A stretch of 64,000 nucleotides of DNA from Schizochytrium sp. TIO01 (Eukaryota > Protista > Bigyra: Labyrinthulomycetes): assembly GCA_004764695.1 (NCBI GenBank), contig SMSO01000034.1:2480001-2544000 (forward strand). Reading direction: 5' to 3'. Below the pieces are notes generated by a model. The model did not search any database, was not told the origin of the DNA, and saw only the letters and a program-made list of their open reading frames with translations. Of the stretch, positions 48,480 through 59,905 are shown one piece after another; position 1 is the first letter of the stretch, and each line of letters starts with the position of its first letter. Position numbers and translations under genes: made by a program.

Positions 48480-49754
48480 ATGGTAAACACCCCTTCCCAA
48501 GACAAAGTAATAGACCCTGTTCAGACATTCACAGTTCTGATGGTGTACTTCATTAATGTATTGGAGGGATACTTGAATAAGAATTCCAAGTTGTCCTTTT
48601 CAACAATGAAACTAGCTGGTGACCTTCTCACAAAAGAAGTTCGTGACAGTGTTGCAGAAGTTAGTGTGTACAAACGCACATGTGATCACGAAAAATATGA
48701 CATAGAGGCAAGGATAGAGCCAGCAGAAGTTCAGCTTGAGCATCTCAAATTGGCACTGGGGGAATCGATGTGGGCTACATTGTGGGAAGAAGCGCTTCAA
48801 AAACAAACCCTCGTATGCAAGCCACAGGATTACTCCGGGTATTACCTCCCTATCTTGCGTGGGTCAAACTCATGGACAAGGGTCATTAGTTGCTTTGACG
48901 ACGGAGAAATGATGAAGAGGAATAATGAACAATTTGTCGTGCGTATCTCTAATGTCGAAAAGGTCCAAAACCTTTTTCTCGAAAATTCTTATGAGGCGAA
49001 CGCCACGAACTTTGTTTACAAGCCAAAATTCGAAGACCTCAACGAAAAATGGTTATTCCACGGAACTTCAAATATCTCCCCAGATGCAATTTGTCTCAGT
49101 ACATGTGGATTTGATCCTCGAGTTTGTAAGGAGACGAACTTAATTGGTCGTTCTATACATTTTGCCCTTCATTCGCACATCCCCGTTAGGCATTATGCAC
49201 ATTCCCATGGCAAGTCAGAGTATCAAATAATACTTGCACGTGTCCAACTAGGAAAAGTTTTTGAAACCAAAAAGATGACGAATGCTATTCGACCTCCACT
49301 CTTAAGCGACCAAATATATGAACTATACGACTCCGTGAGAGTATCAGCAACACATCTAGCAACAGACGCCAACAAAGCCACTATTTATGGGGTTTTCGAT
49401 TCTCGTCAAGCTTTGCCGGAATACCTCATTACTTTTACCAAGGTACTCGTACCCAAACAACCCAGTGGCTCGAAAGAATCTAATCAATCGTCATCAAGAG
49501 GATCAGGTGGATTCGGATCTTCGTCAGGTGGATTCGGATCGTCATCAGGTGGATTCGGATCAGCATCAGGTGGATTCGGATCGTCATCAGGTGGATTCGG
49601 ATCAGCATCAGGTGGATTCGGATCAGCATCAGGTGGATTCGGGTCTTCGTCAGGAGGATTTGGATCGGCATCATCATCAGGAGGATTCGGATCATCATCA
49701 TCATCAGGCGGATTCGGAGCATCATCATCATCAGGCGGATTCGGAGCATCATGA
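48480..49754 (+). CDS. PARP-domain (mono-ADP-ribosyltransferase-like) protein with GGFG/Ser-rich tail
   Basis: LFHGTS, GFDPR, GRSIHFA, HYA, IILARVQLGK, YDSV and QALPEYLITF, a pattern resembling TiPARP/PARP12-type catalytic domains. Confidence 0.85.
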   Translation: MVNTPSQDKVIDPVQTFTVLMVYFINVLEGYLNKNSKLSFSTMKLAGDLLTKEVRDSVAEVSVYKRTCDHEKYDIEARIEPAEVQLEHLKLALGESMWATLWEEALQKQTLVCKPQDYSGYYLPILRGSNSWTRVISCFDDGEMMKRNNEQFVVRISNVEKVQNLFLENSYEANATNFVYKPKFEDLNEKWLFHGTSNISPDAICLSTCGFDPRVCKETNLIGRSIHFALHSHIPVRHYAHSHGKSEYQIILARVQLGKVFETKKMTNAIRPPLLSDQIYELYDSVRVSATHLATDANKATIYGVFDSRQALPEYLITFTKVLVPKQPSGSKESNQSSSRGSGGFGSSSGGFGSSSGGFGSASGGFGSSSGGFGSASGGFGSASGGFGSSSGGFGSASSSGGFGSSSSSGGFGASSSSGGFGAS

Positions 49755-49845
49755 TCATCAGGCGGATTCGGATCATCATCATCATCAGGAGGATTCGGAT
49801 CATCATCATCATCAGGAGGATTCGGATATTCATGAGGAGGATACA
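49490..49845 (+). repeat. 21-27-bp tandem repeat encoding GGFGS(S)n
   Basis: tcaggtggattcggatc variants that continue past the stop at 49752. Confidence 0.95.
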
Positions 49846-50046
49846 GTAGTAACTGAACAATAAGATTTATTCTGACTTTGATTATTTTTTCAAAACCCGA
49901 GAGTCCTTTCTATGCTCTTAATCTTGAACATCCAACGTCCATACCTCATCCATCAAACTCTTGGGCAAGTACATACGACACTTGACAGCATGTCCCTAAG
50001 TATTTAACCCATAAAGTGAGGCCCACTCACAGGTTTAAAATATAGT

Positions 50047-50670
50047 ACACGAATCAATGACATTTCTTAAATCATGTTCTCAAATTGTCAGCGCAAAGGG
50101 AGGCCACTGATGGCGTGGGTGTCACGATTGTCTACGTGCTTGCATTTGGGGCATTCAAATTTTTTAGATGGTCCATGCTTGTTGTGAATGGTACTTAATT
50201 CATTGAAGCGAACCTCTCAGCAAATAACTAGATTACACCGGGGAAAAGCTTGACTTTGGGAGTGGGTGTTTGTCGGAAGCCGCAGTGGCGCCAGCGACAC
50301 ATCATTCGAAATGTCTTTTGATGGGTCTTGTAAACTTGTTCACCATCTAAAAGGTTTCAAATTTAGGCAAAAGATTAACACGGAAGTTCTCACATAGCCA
50401 AAGTGCAGTTTGCTGTGGATCTTGGCAGTCTTGTTCTTGATCCTGAAAAGTGCTGCCTTTCTTTTGAACCACTTTACCACGGATTTTGTCGGCGCGGCGA
50501 CAGGGAAATATAAATTTTTTTATGCCTTCCCCTGTGTCCTGAATGGCTCGATCATCGTAGTTCGACATAAGTGCACGTCTTGGTCCAAAGCAATCGTGCT
50601 ACGGTGCAAACCAGCTGCCTGGTTTACTGGGCATACCTTTTCTTCATGCAAGAAACAGAAATAGCCAACA
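50047..50670 (-). pseudogene. Decayed Fanzor2/TnpB copy (3' half)
   Basis: Minus-strand fragments GYFCFLHEEK...HRSTIALDQ, ALWLCENFRVNLLPKFETF and TIHNKHGPSKKFECPKCKHVDNRDTHA...MI* are colinear with the intact Fanzor. They contain stops and frameshifts. Confidence 0.9.
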
Positions 50671-50829
50671 CGCCGAAGCAGCCTAGAAAAACAAAACAAA
50701 AAAGATACACTATACCCTATTCTGTAATGTTAGTTCTCCTACAATCATAGTTTCTGAATAGACTTTGCATCTCCTAAACGCACTCATGCTCACCTAGTTT
50801 CTCAAAGATTCGCTATTTCGTAATCTTGG

Positions 50830-53230
50830 ACAAACACCCAATCTCTGCCACACACATCTGCAGCTCCATTGGCCCTTCAGACGAGTGGGCCCCAGCCTAG
50901 TATTCATAAGTGAACTTGAAAGAAGATTATGAAATATAAATAATTGGGGAAAACGCTGTGCATCTGCACTGAGGTGTTTACCCCATCTTGCTGGTTCATC
51001 AGTAGTTGTGCTTGAGATTTATACTATCACATTGTTGTGCATTTTGTCACTTGAGTTGACAGACATTTGTCTTAGCCTCGTAGCATTTGCAGAACTTGCA
51101 GCTCCAAAGTACTTCATGATTTAGGTCTCACTAAAACTAAGAATATGATAAGTGGTAGGCCCGTCTTTGTTGGTAGAGTAATATCTAACATGAAGTGCTA
51201 GCACATCCTGGGTCAAAATTTAGTTGCCTCAACTTCTACAAGCTAGACAGAGCCTTAACATGTATCAGCCTCCACAGCACAACAAGAGCAAGAGATACTC
51301 AGAACCTTAACAAGCGTGCTCGCCACGGCAGACTAAGAGGGTGCTACTCGGTCTCAAACAAGCCTACACCTCGAGTAACTCCTCTCAAAGCTGCTTAAAG
51401 CTCCTTGACTTTTGCCTTCAGAACCAGGAGTACTTAAGGCTGACTCGACAAAGCACGTGCAGTGCTGCATACATTCGAACTAAAGGTCTGGAATCGCCCA
51501 AGCATACTGAATAGACGCACGATCATGTTGCAGTGGCTTTCATCATTAGTTTGGCCTGGCGAGGAGGATCTTGTCTGGGATGTGATTGGCAAGACTGCTC
51601 TAGCAGAGCACATCGAACTCGAAGAAGACCCTAAAAAGAGATTGTCCAATGGAAGACATGCTCTACGACGGGTTAGTATGGAGAGACAAAAGACTCCTCT
51701 AACAGTCTTGGGTGCGGATAAATACGTGGGCTCACCAGCGCACGTTCATTTTATGTCTATGCAGGACTTTTGTAACTTTTGCGATAGACTGAAGCAGATC
51801 GACGGCCGGGATATTAGAGATGCTTCTGGACAACGAATGAATTTTATATTGAAAGATCGTTTGCGGGTGTTGAAGGATGATTGCTGCGAATATCAAGAAG
51901 AATTAAATCACGAGAGTCGATTCCAAGCCCGCTTCCGAATATTAATAGTCCATTTGATTAATCTTCTGAAACCATTTCTGACCCCTTTCGAAACTCTCCT
52001 TGGTGTTGACGATAAAAACTCTACGGGCAAACCTAGTGAACTTATTCAGTTGAGAAATGGCATGACAATCTCGGTATGCGAAGCACAACGGCCGTCGTAC
52101 TTTAGCAATTACTCCAGAGATCTTACCACCCGATACTCTGACTTTGATTGCACCATGCAGAAATATGATCATGACCATTCAACGTGGGAAAACACACACG
52201 ATCGATTTGAGTATGGAGGTCATATACATGTCTCGCCCATTCGCCAGCTCTACAACTACATGCTCATCAATGGACTCTATTTCGGGCTCCTCTACTCTTT
52301 CAACCACTACGCTGGCTTCATTCGTGACTGCAGCGGAAACCTCACCATCATCGAGATTGTCCGAAGCACCGACACAGTTCCTGCAGAGCCGGTGTCAGCT
52401 ATGCAGTTTCTGATCATGTGGATTCGTCTATCGTATTTGTACCCGAATGGATTTGAGGCAAGACACAAGTTTCCGAATTTCAATGTATGCACACACCACG
52501 ATTGTGAAAAGCGACACCTGCCAATGCATGCAGCACAACATGCGAAATATCTTGTCTCTGGCAATATGAATCTAGGTGCCACAAATACAGAGATGGCATC
52601 TCCTCCTTCGCTTCGCAGTAGCGAGTATTTCCCTTCGAATAGACTGCCGGTGTTCTTCGCAGATTCTCTAAATCGTGTCGTGCATTTCTGTGATTTTTGC
52701 TTTGAAGGCTGGAAAGCAGGCGACGACTTCAAGGCCATTGAGTGGGCTCGTCTACAAGAGAAAGTGGGTCTTCTCAAGTACATGGACCTTGCAAAACCGG
52801 CTGATCTTGGGGAATATCTTATTGAACCACTGAGAACGGAGCTACAAGCGTACAAGGCTCTTGAAAAAGAACAAGGTTTTGCGATTCCAAAGGTATATGG
52901 TGGAGGCATGATGGCTGACATGCTCTTTGGAGGTATATTTCTTGAGGACGTAGGAGACAGTCTCGAAATGCTCGAAGACAAGGCTATCTCAGATGCCTGG
53001 ATACGAAAGGCCGTGATTGCACTGGATCGTATTCATGATTTGGGCGTCCTGCATGGTAATCTTGATGATACTCATGTATTGATTGGCGAGAAGACCGGTG
53101 ATCCGAAGTTTGTGGGTTTCAGTCATGCAAAGTTCAAGAAGAATATGAAGATGGACGAATGGAGTGTTGCTGTTGAGGAAGAGAAAAATGCACTAAGGGA
53201 AAATCTTGAGAGTTATCTCAACCGGACACA
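50830..53230 (+). repeat. Segmental duplication, partner at ~57496-59895
   Basis: acaaacacccaatctctgcc... starts at both 50830 and 57496, and the near-identity continues through the kinase-like ORF. Confidence 0.92.
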
Positions 53231-53243
53231 AGTTCCCGATTGA
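51462..53243 (+). CDS. REase-like domain + pseudokinase protein, copy 2 (5' end uncertain)
   Basis: 593-aa ORF whose C-terminal two thirds are nearly identical to copies 1 and 3. Confidence 0.7.
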   Translation: MLHTFELKVWNRPSILNRRTIMLQWLSSLVWPGEEDLVWDVIGKTALAEHIELEEDPKKRLSNGRHALRRVSMERQKTPLTVLGADKYVGSPAHVHFMSMQDFCNFCDRLKQIDGRDIRDASGQRMNFILKDRLRVLKDDCCEYQEELNHESRFQARFRILIVHLINLLKPFLTPFETLLGVDDKNSTGKPSELIQLRNGMTISVCEAQRPSYFSNYSRDLTTRYSDFDCTMQKYDHDHSTWENTHDRFEYGGHIHVSPIRQLYNYMLINGLYFGLLYSFNHYAGFIRDCSGNLTIIEIVRSTDTVPAEPVSAMQFLIMWIRLSYLYPNGFEARHKFPNFNVCTHHDCEKRHLPMHAAQHAKYLVSGNMNLGATNTEMASPPSLRSSEYFPSNRLPVFFADSLNRVVHFCDFCFEGWKAGDDFKAIEWARLQEKVGLLKYMDLAKPADLGEYLIEPLRTELQAYKALEKEQGFAIPKVYGGGMMADMLFGGIFLEDVGDSLEMLEDKAISDAWIRKAVIALDRIHDLGVLHGNLDDTHVLIGEKTGDPKFVGFSHAKFKKNMKMDEWSVAVEEEKNALRENLESYLNRTQVPD

Positions 53244-54272
53244 TCCTTCATTTTCGATAATCCTACGGATTGTACGGGGAATATGTCGCGGCGAGACGAT
53301 TGATTGGAAGGTAATTTTAGAAAATAATTCCACACAAAACATCATTTAGGCTTGCTTCTTGTTCTTCTCGTTATATCGCTGCGTTTTCTTAGACATGCCA
53401 ATCATGGAATCATATGATAAAGAATATAGAAGGGGCATGGTTGGAGTCAACTAAAAAATCAGGACTGCTATTCATCCTGCCTAATGATATTCTTATTGTT
53501 CCTGTTCTGGTCTCATGGTCTCTGTGTTTGAGTGTTTCTTTTATGAAGTGCCAACTTGAGTGCTATAAGTCTGGTTGAGTGCCCTACGCAAACCCACATT
53601 CCGTAAAATGGAATGACCAGTGACCTTATTTCAGGCTATGAGCTCCCTTCGCTAGGGCTTATTTCAAGCGCTCTCAACTTATCCACTATTTTTCCGTGTT
53701 TTTTTTTTTTTTAATATTTCTCATTGGTTTCTCGTTGCTTTCTTGCTTTTCGCGGGAACTGGTCCTATAGAGGTAAAATGCCGAGCTAGGTCTTTGCGTG
53801 GTAGTGGAAGCCGAAGCGTGTATGACCGAAAACGAGCGGGCTTGCTTCCAGAGTCTAATCCAGTTGAAAAGTGGATGCTCATTTCAGAAAACAAAAGAAC
53901 TGGCGCCTGTGATTGGTAGGAAGAGGCAAAACTTCCAAACTTGAGGTATTGGATTTAGGATAGGTAAGTAATACGAGCGACAGCATGGTACCTCCGCACG
54001 ATACTTCAGCCGCAGAAATCCTGTTCTCCTTGCACTCACCAGTACTCTATGTGCTGACTAACGAATTGGGCTTTGGAGTTAATCCTAAACTCCATTCCCA
54101 TAATCGCCAAGGGCAGACAATCCAGGAAGTCATACCTGGAAAAAACTACAGTAAAAGAGAAACCTAACGAAAATTTGATAATAATAATGATTGTATCAAT
54201 AATGATAGTACTTGTAAGAATAGTGTTAATCATAATAGTCCTTATGCAGCAAGCCGCTAGCAGGAACCCGCG

Positions 54273-56207
54273 ATGCAGCAATCTGTAAACCCGAGGAACA
54301 AAACCCCAAACAGCAAAAACAGAATCATGTCAGGTACTGATGATGACCACAATGCTCTGAAGAATGATGTCCTGGGGGAGTTGAGGAGAGCGGGTCAGAG
54401 CCTTCTTTCACTAGAACCGAGTTCAGACCCCAGGATTGCTTCAAAGTTTGAGATGTTATGCGTTGAACAGATAAAAAAACTTTGGCGACCAGTTGAGTCC
54501 TTGCGACTGGAGCAGCAACGACAAATAAAGGAGATGCAGGAAACGGTAGATAATGACCGCGAGGCTTTGCGAGTAGAACGAGAGGAGCACAACTCCACCA
54601 AAACCGCGCTAAAAACAGCATATGGTCAGGTTCAGCAGTGGCAGAAGTACTTTGAGAGGGAACAACGCACAGCTATTGGATTACAGAGAAGCCTTCACAA
54701 TAACGAGAACTCGCACATGCACGACACAAGCACGTCTTTGAGTCAGCTACTTGGGCATCTTAAGAAATATGTTTCCGATAAGTTAGCTCCATTGTCTGAG
54801 GACCGAATCGGAATGTTACTCGCCACTCTTGCCGTGTCTAATAGTGGCCAACAGGAGAATATAAATGCGCTTGTCGATCTGAACCGTTCTACCAGAGTTG
54901 TGCTACGAACCCACGAGCTCGTAAACACAGCTCTCAGTACAGTGCTTGAGATCGAAAAACAGGCATTCGCGGCTGTTGAAGCAGTACGTCGTTCGGAATG
55001 TAAAGATCACACGAGAACTAAACAGGAACTTAAAGACAAAGAAACAGAGCTGCAGGTCCACAAGGATGAAAATAAGCGCCAAGAAGAGGAGTTGCGTGCC
55101 GAAAAAGCTCTCTGTGAGAAAATTAAAACCAGCCTTTTAGAAATGCAAGCAGACGATTTGTCTGACTATGACTCAGCCGATGAAAACTTTGCTTCTGCGA
55201 GAGGAAGCGGTTCGAAAGCTAAGCAGTTATCGACGACGCAGTCATTGTTGAAAATCGAGGAAGAAGCACACCAAGCCACTCGAGATATGCTCGAAACCGA
55301 AAGGAAATCCCATCAGAAGACTAGAGAGTTGCTTAGCCTTGCTCAAAGGAACACGTATGACACAGCTCTTAACAGTTTTGGCAGCAGCACTGCCAACACC
55401 ATTACCGGCGTTAACAGCAACAGCAATGGCAGGTCTGTGCCTGGCATTGGCAACGGAAACAAAGTGGATCTTGTGGATGTGATCAAGAATTATTATAACG
55501 GAGAGGAAAGAATCCAGGCCCTCGAGGTTCAGCTCGAGGATGAACGATTGGCGCACCAGAGAACCAAGCTTGAGGTACAGATTTTGGACAGAAAGAACTC
55601 AAACCCTTCGGAGCTCCTTCGAAATGAACTTGATACTGAGCGAACAAGAGTTCAGAGTTTGAAAACTACACTCAAGTTCGTAGAAGCGGAAGTCGAAAGG
55701 GTAGAAGAGAAGTATTCAAAATTGCTTCAAGATCTGAACACAGCACATAATACAATCAAGCTTAAGGATGCCCAGCTCGGGATAGAACGTAAGGAGCTTG
55801 AGAATCAGAAAGAACGTGTTTGTTCCCTCGAGCAAGCTCTAACGAGTAAAAAGTTAATTCACAACATCACGAAAGAAAATCTCAAGAACATTAGAAATAA
55901 ACTAAGAGAGGAACAGGATGAGCACAAAGAAACCAGAGCGGAGCTTGATTCTAAAATACTATCGCTTCAACACCAGAATGCCGCCCTCGATATCATGAAA
56001 AGTAATCTTGATAAGCGAAAGGGGCAGTCCGTTTTCGAAGGTACAAGTTATGATACAACGAGCAAACGAGCCCGTCGTGGAGCAAATCTCGTCAACAGCG
56101 ACGCTGTCACGCGGTTCTCTCAAGGTGCGGGTCAAGGCCAAAGCCAAGAGCCGGACGAACAAGTCGAAGCGATGGGCGCCTTATTTAACGACGTTCAAAT
56201 CAGTTGA
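54273..56207 (+). CDS. Coiled-coil hypothetical protein (644 aa; may start at 54327)
   Basis: E/K/L/Q-rich heptads with a recurring ExxxHxxT(K/R)xxL motif. No catalytic motif recognised. Confidence 0.8.
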   Translation: MQQSVNPRNKTPNSKNRIMSGTDDDHNALKNDVLGELRRAGQSLLSLEPSSDPRIASKFEMLCVEQIKKLWRPVESLRLEQQRQIKEMQETVDNDREALRVEREEHNSTKTALKTAYGQVQQWQKYFEREQRTAIGLQRSLHNNENSHMHDTSTSLSQLLGHLKKYVSDKLAPLSEDRIGMLLATLAVSNSGQQENINALVDLNRSTRVVLRTHELVNTALSTVLEIEKQAFAAVEAVRRSECKDHTRTKQELKDKETELQVHKDENKRQEEELRAEKALCEKIKTSLLEMQADDLSDYDSADENFASARGSGSKAKQLSTTQSLLKIEEEAHQATRDMLETERKSHQKTRELLSLAQRNTYDTALNSFGSSTANTITGVNSNSNGRSVPGIGNGNKVDLVDVIKNYYNGEERIQALEVQLEDERLAHQRTKLEVQILDRKNSNPSELLRNELDTERTRVQSLKTTLKFVEAEVERVEEKYSKLLQDLNTAHNTIKLKDAQLGIERKELENQKERVCSLEQALTSKKLIHNITKENLKNIRNKLREEQDEHKETRAELDSKILSLQHQNAALDIMKSNLDKRKGQSVFEGTSYDTTSKRARRGANLVNSDAVTRFSQGAGQGQSQEPDEQVEAMGALFNDVQIS

Positions 56208-58126
56208 TGCGATGATGCCTCTTAAAGCATATAGCATATACTACTGAAAACATTAGAGACTATCATATTACAAAATAGTTTGGTGGGAATCCTCACGGTG
56301 AGATTTGGGTACCTACCTACCTAGTTGTTTATCTGTTTCGGTCGCGGTCAGTGGAAAAGCTCAAGGTTACAACATGTCATACGAGAAAGGTGCTTACAGA
56401 TAGAACAGAACATCAGATACCACAAGATGCTTCTTTGAAGTAAACATAGGCCTGCCTACTAGAAGTGGTAAACTCATTTAGTTGGAAACAGCATGTGACC
56501 TCCCACTGTTTTTTTCCAGAAACTGGAATTAGTAGTAAATGAATTAGTTGGTTCAAAACAGGATACGCAAATAGCCATGGGAACGATAGTTCAGTATAAA
56601 AGTACTAGAGAGTGTCTGATCTAGAACTGGGCCAGTGAGAACATATGGAGTGTATTTATGAGATTTATTGTAATATCTACATGTACAGAGCACGTTATTA
56701 GATTTATTTTTTGTGTTCTTCAAAATACGCAGTAGAAGACCTGGGATCAAGCTTGATAATACCACAACAATTCTTGAATTTTTATTTTAACATTTACTGA
56801 AGTGTACTTCTTGAGTACCTCACTGCTAGAATTCGTACGTAAAAACAACATCTAAACAACAATGGGGTAACTATCTAGCAATATATGAGAGGGGTGGATG
56901 AGATCTTACTGATATTAGTATTTTTTTTTATAGACGCAGGACCTACATCATCTAAACTATAACAACAGCAGCACAACCAACCAAACTAATTGACATAGTG
57001 AATTCTAGACCAAATTTTAGGGCATCCTCAAGGCTTGGACTTCTTGTATATACCAAAATTGAACAGGTTCTCCGTTCTATTCTTTACTTCCATCGCTGAA
57101 TGGCCATCCGCACATAGTCCACAACAATGCGACACCCCCAACTACGAACGTGATATCTCCCGCCATATCAGACACAGCCGCGATGAGATGATCATGAAAT
57201 TCAAAAGACAGTCTATCTGGAATCCTCAAACGAAATCGTGTCCTTGAATTAATTCTAGAGCACCTGCAGTAACACCTGCAAAGCCCACACGTTCCGAGCC
57301 TCAAAGCTCTCCACAAATCTCCCAAAGTTCCGCTATAGCAGGAATGAGAGCATCTTTATCCGCGTGGTCATCATGGCAAGATTCCAGCACATCTACATCA
57401 GCACATACCGTATTACACCCACGGATTGCAATTTCTTCGAACTGGGATCTTGGGAAGGTCAAAAAGATATCGCAGTTGCAGTGAATCAGATATGTACAAA
57501 CACCCAATCTCTGCCACACACATCTGCAGCTCCATTGGCCCTTCAGTTGAGACGAGTGGGCCCCAGCCTAGTATTCATAAGTGAACTTGAAAGAAGATTA
57601 TGAAATATAAATAATTGGGGAAAACGCTGTGCATCTGCACTGAGGTGTTTACCCCATCTTGCTCGTTCATCAGTAGTTGTGCTTGAGATTTATACTATCA
57701 CATTGTTGTGCATTTTGTCACTTGAGTTGACAGACATTTGTCTTAGCCTCGTAGCATTTGCAGAACTTGCAGCTCCAAAGTACTTCATGATTTAGGTCTC
57801 ACTAAAACTAAGAATATGATAAGTGGTAGGCCTGTCTTTGTTGGTAGAGTAATATCTAACATGAAGTGCTAGCACATCCTGGGTTCCGCAATCTCAAAAT
57901 TTAGTTGCCTCAACTTCTACAAGCTAGACAGAGCCTCCACAGCACAACAAGAGCAAGAGATACTCAGAACCTTAACAAGCGTGCTCGCCACGGCAGACTA
58001 AGAGGGTGCTACTCGGTCTCAAACAAGCCTACACCTCGAGCAACTCCTCTCAAAGCTGCTTAAAGCTCCTTGACTTTTGCCTTCAGAACCAGGAGCACTC
58101 AAGGCTGACTCAACAAAGCACGTGCA

Positions 58127-59905
58127 GTGCTACATACATTCGAACTCAAGGTCTGGAATCGCCCAAGCATACTGAATAGACGCACAATCATGTTGCAGTG
58201 GCTTTCATCATTACTCTGGCCTGGCGCGGAGGATCTTGTCTGGGATGTGCTCGGCAAGACTGCTCTAGCAGAGCACATCGAACTCGAGCAAGACCCTAAA
58301 AAGAGATTGTCCAATGGAAGACATGCTCTACGACAGGTTACTATGGAGAGACAAAAGACTCCTCTAACAGTCTTGGGTGCGGATAAATACGTGGGCTCAC
58401 CAGCGCACGTTCATTTTATGTCTATGCAGGAGTTTTGTAACTTTTGCGATACCCTCAAGCAGATCGACGGCCATGATATCAGAGATGCTTCTGGACAACG
58501 TATGAATCATGATTTGAAGGTTCTTTTGAGGGTGTTCAAGGATGATTGCTGCGAATATCAAGAAGAATTAAATCACGAGAGTCGATTCCAAGCCCGCTTC
58601 CGAATATTAATGGTCCATTTGATTAATCTTCTGAACCCATTTCTGACCCCTTTCGAAACTCTCCTTGGTGCTGACGAAGGAGATTGTATGGCCAAACCTA
58701 GTGAACTTATTCAGTTGAGAAATGGCATGACAATCTCAGTATGCGAAGCACAACGGCCGTCGTACTTTGGCAATGACTCCAGAGATCTTACCACCCGATA
58801 CTGTGATTTTGATTGCACCATGCAGAAATATGAACATGACCATTCAACGTGGGAAAATACACACGATCGATTTGAGCATGAAGGTCATATACATGTCTCG
58901 CCCATTCGCCAGCTCTACAACTACATGCTCATCAATGGACTCTATTTCGGGCTCCTCTACTCTTTCAACCACTACGCTGGCTTCATTCGTGACTGCAGCG
59001 GAAACCTCACCATCATCGAGATTGTCCGAAGCACCGACACAGTTCCTGCAGAGCCGGTGTCAGCTATGCAGTTTCTGATCATGTGGATTCGTCTAGCGTA
59101 TTTGTATCAGAATGGATTTGAGGCAAGACACAAGTTTCCGAATTTCAATGTATGCACACACCACGATTGTGAAAAGCGACACCTGCCAATGCATGCAGCA
59201 CAACATGCGAAATATCTTGTCTCTGGCAATATGAATCTAGGTGCCACAAATACAGAGATGGCATCTCCTCCTTCGTCTCGCAGTAGCGAGTATTTCCCTT
59301 CGAATAGATTGCCGGTGTTCTTCGCAGATTCTCTAAATCGTGTCGTGCATTTCTGTGATTTTTGCTTTGAAGGCTGGAAAGCAGGCGACGACTTCAAGGC
59401 CATTGAGTGGGCTCGTCTACAAGAGCAAACGGGTCTTCTCAAGTACATGGACCTTGCAAAACCGGCTGATCTTGGCGAATATCTTATTGAGCCACTGAGA
59501 ACGGAGCTGCAAGCGTATAAGGCTCTTGAAAAAGAACAAGGTTTTGCGATTGCAAAGGTATATGGTGGAGGCATGATGGCGGACATGCTCTTTGGAGGTA
59601 TATTTCTTGAGGACGTAGGAGACAGTCTCGAAATGCTCGATGACAAGGCTATCTCAGATGCCTGGATACGAAAGGCCATGATTGCATTGGACTGTATTCA
59701 TGATTTGGGCGTCCTGCATGGAAATCTTGATGATACTCATGTATTGATTGACGAGAAGACCGGTGATCCGAAGTTGGTGGGTTTCAGTCACGCAAAGTTC
59801 AAGAAGAATATGAAGGCAGACGAATGGAGTGTTGCTGTTGAGGAAGAGAAAGACATGCTAAGGGAAATTCTTGAGAGTTATTTCAGCCGGGACACAGAAT
59901 TGTAA
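58127..59905 (+). CDS. REase-like domain + pseudokinase protein, copy 3 (5' end uncertain)
   Basis: 592-aa ORF whose 5' part matches copy 2 and whose 3' flank matches copy 1. Confidence 0.7.
   Translation: MLHTFELKVWNRPSILNRRTIMLQWLSSLLWPGAEDLVWDVLGKTALAEHIELEQDPKKRLSNGRHALRQVTMERQKTPLTVLGADKYVGSPAHVHFMSMQEFCNFCDTLKQIDGHDIRDASGQRMNHDLKVLLRVFKDDCCEYQEELNHESRFQARFRILMVHLINLLNPFLTPFETLLGADEGDCMAKPSELIQLRNGMTISVCEAQRPSYFGNDSRDLTTRYCDFDCTMQKYEHDHSTWENTHDRFEHEGHIHVSPIRQLYNYMLINGLYFGLLYSFNHYAGFIRDCSGNLTIIEIVRSTDTVPAEPVSAMQFLIMWIRLAYLYQNGFEARHKFPNFNVCTHHDCEKRHLPMHAAQHAKYLVSGNMNLGATNTEMASPPSSRSSEYFPSNRLPVFFADSLNRVVHFCDFCFEGWKAGDDFKAIEWARLQEQTGLLKYMDLAKPADLGEYLIEPLRTELQAYKALEKEQGFAIAKVYGGGMMADMLFGGIFLEDVGDSLEMLDDKAISDAWIRKAMIALDCIHDLGVLHGNLDDTHVLIDEKTGDPKLVGFSHAKFKKNMKADEWSVAVEEEKDMLREILESYFSRDTEL

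Noticed and set aside
49387-49863. His/Asp-rich and Met/Ile-rich ORFs
   Set aside because: Alternative frames of the GGFGS repeat.
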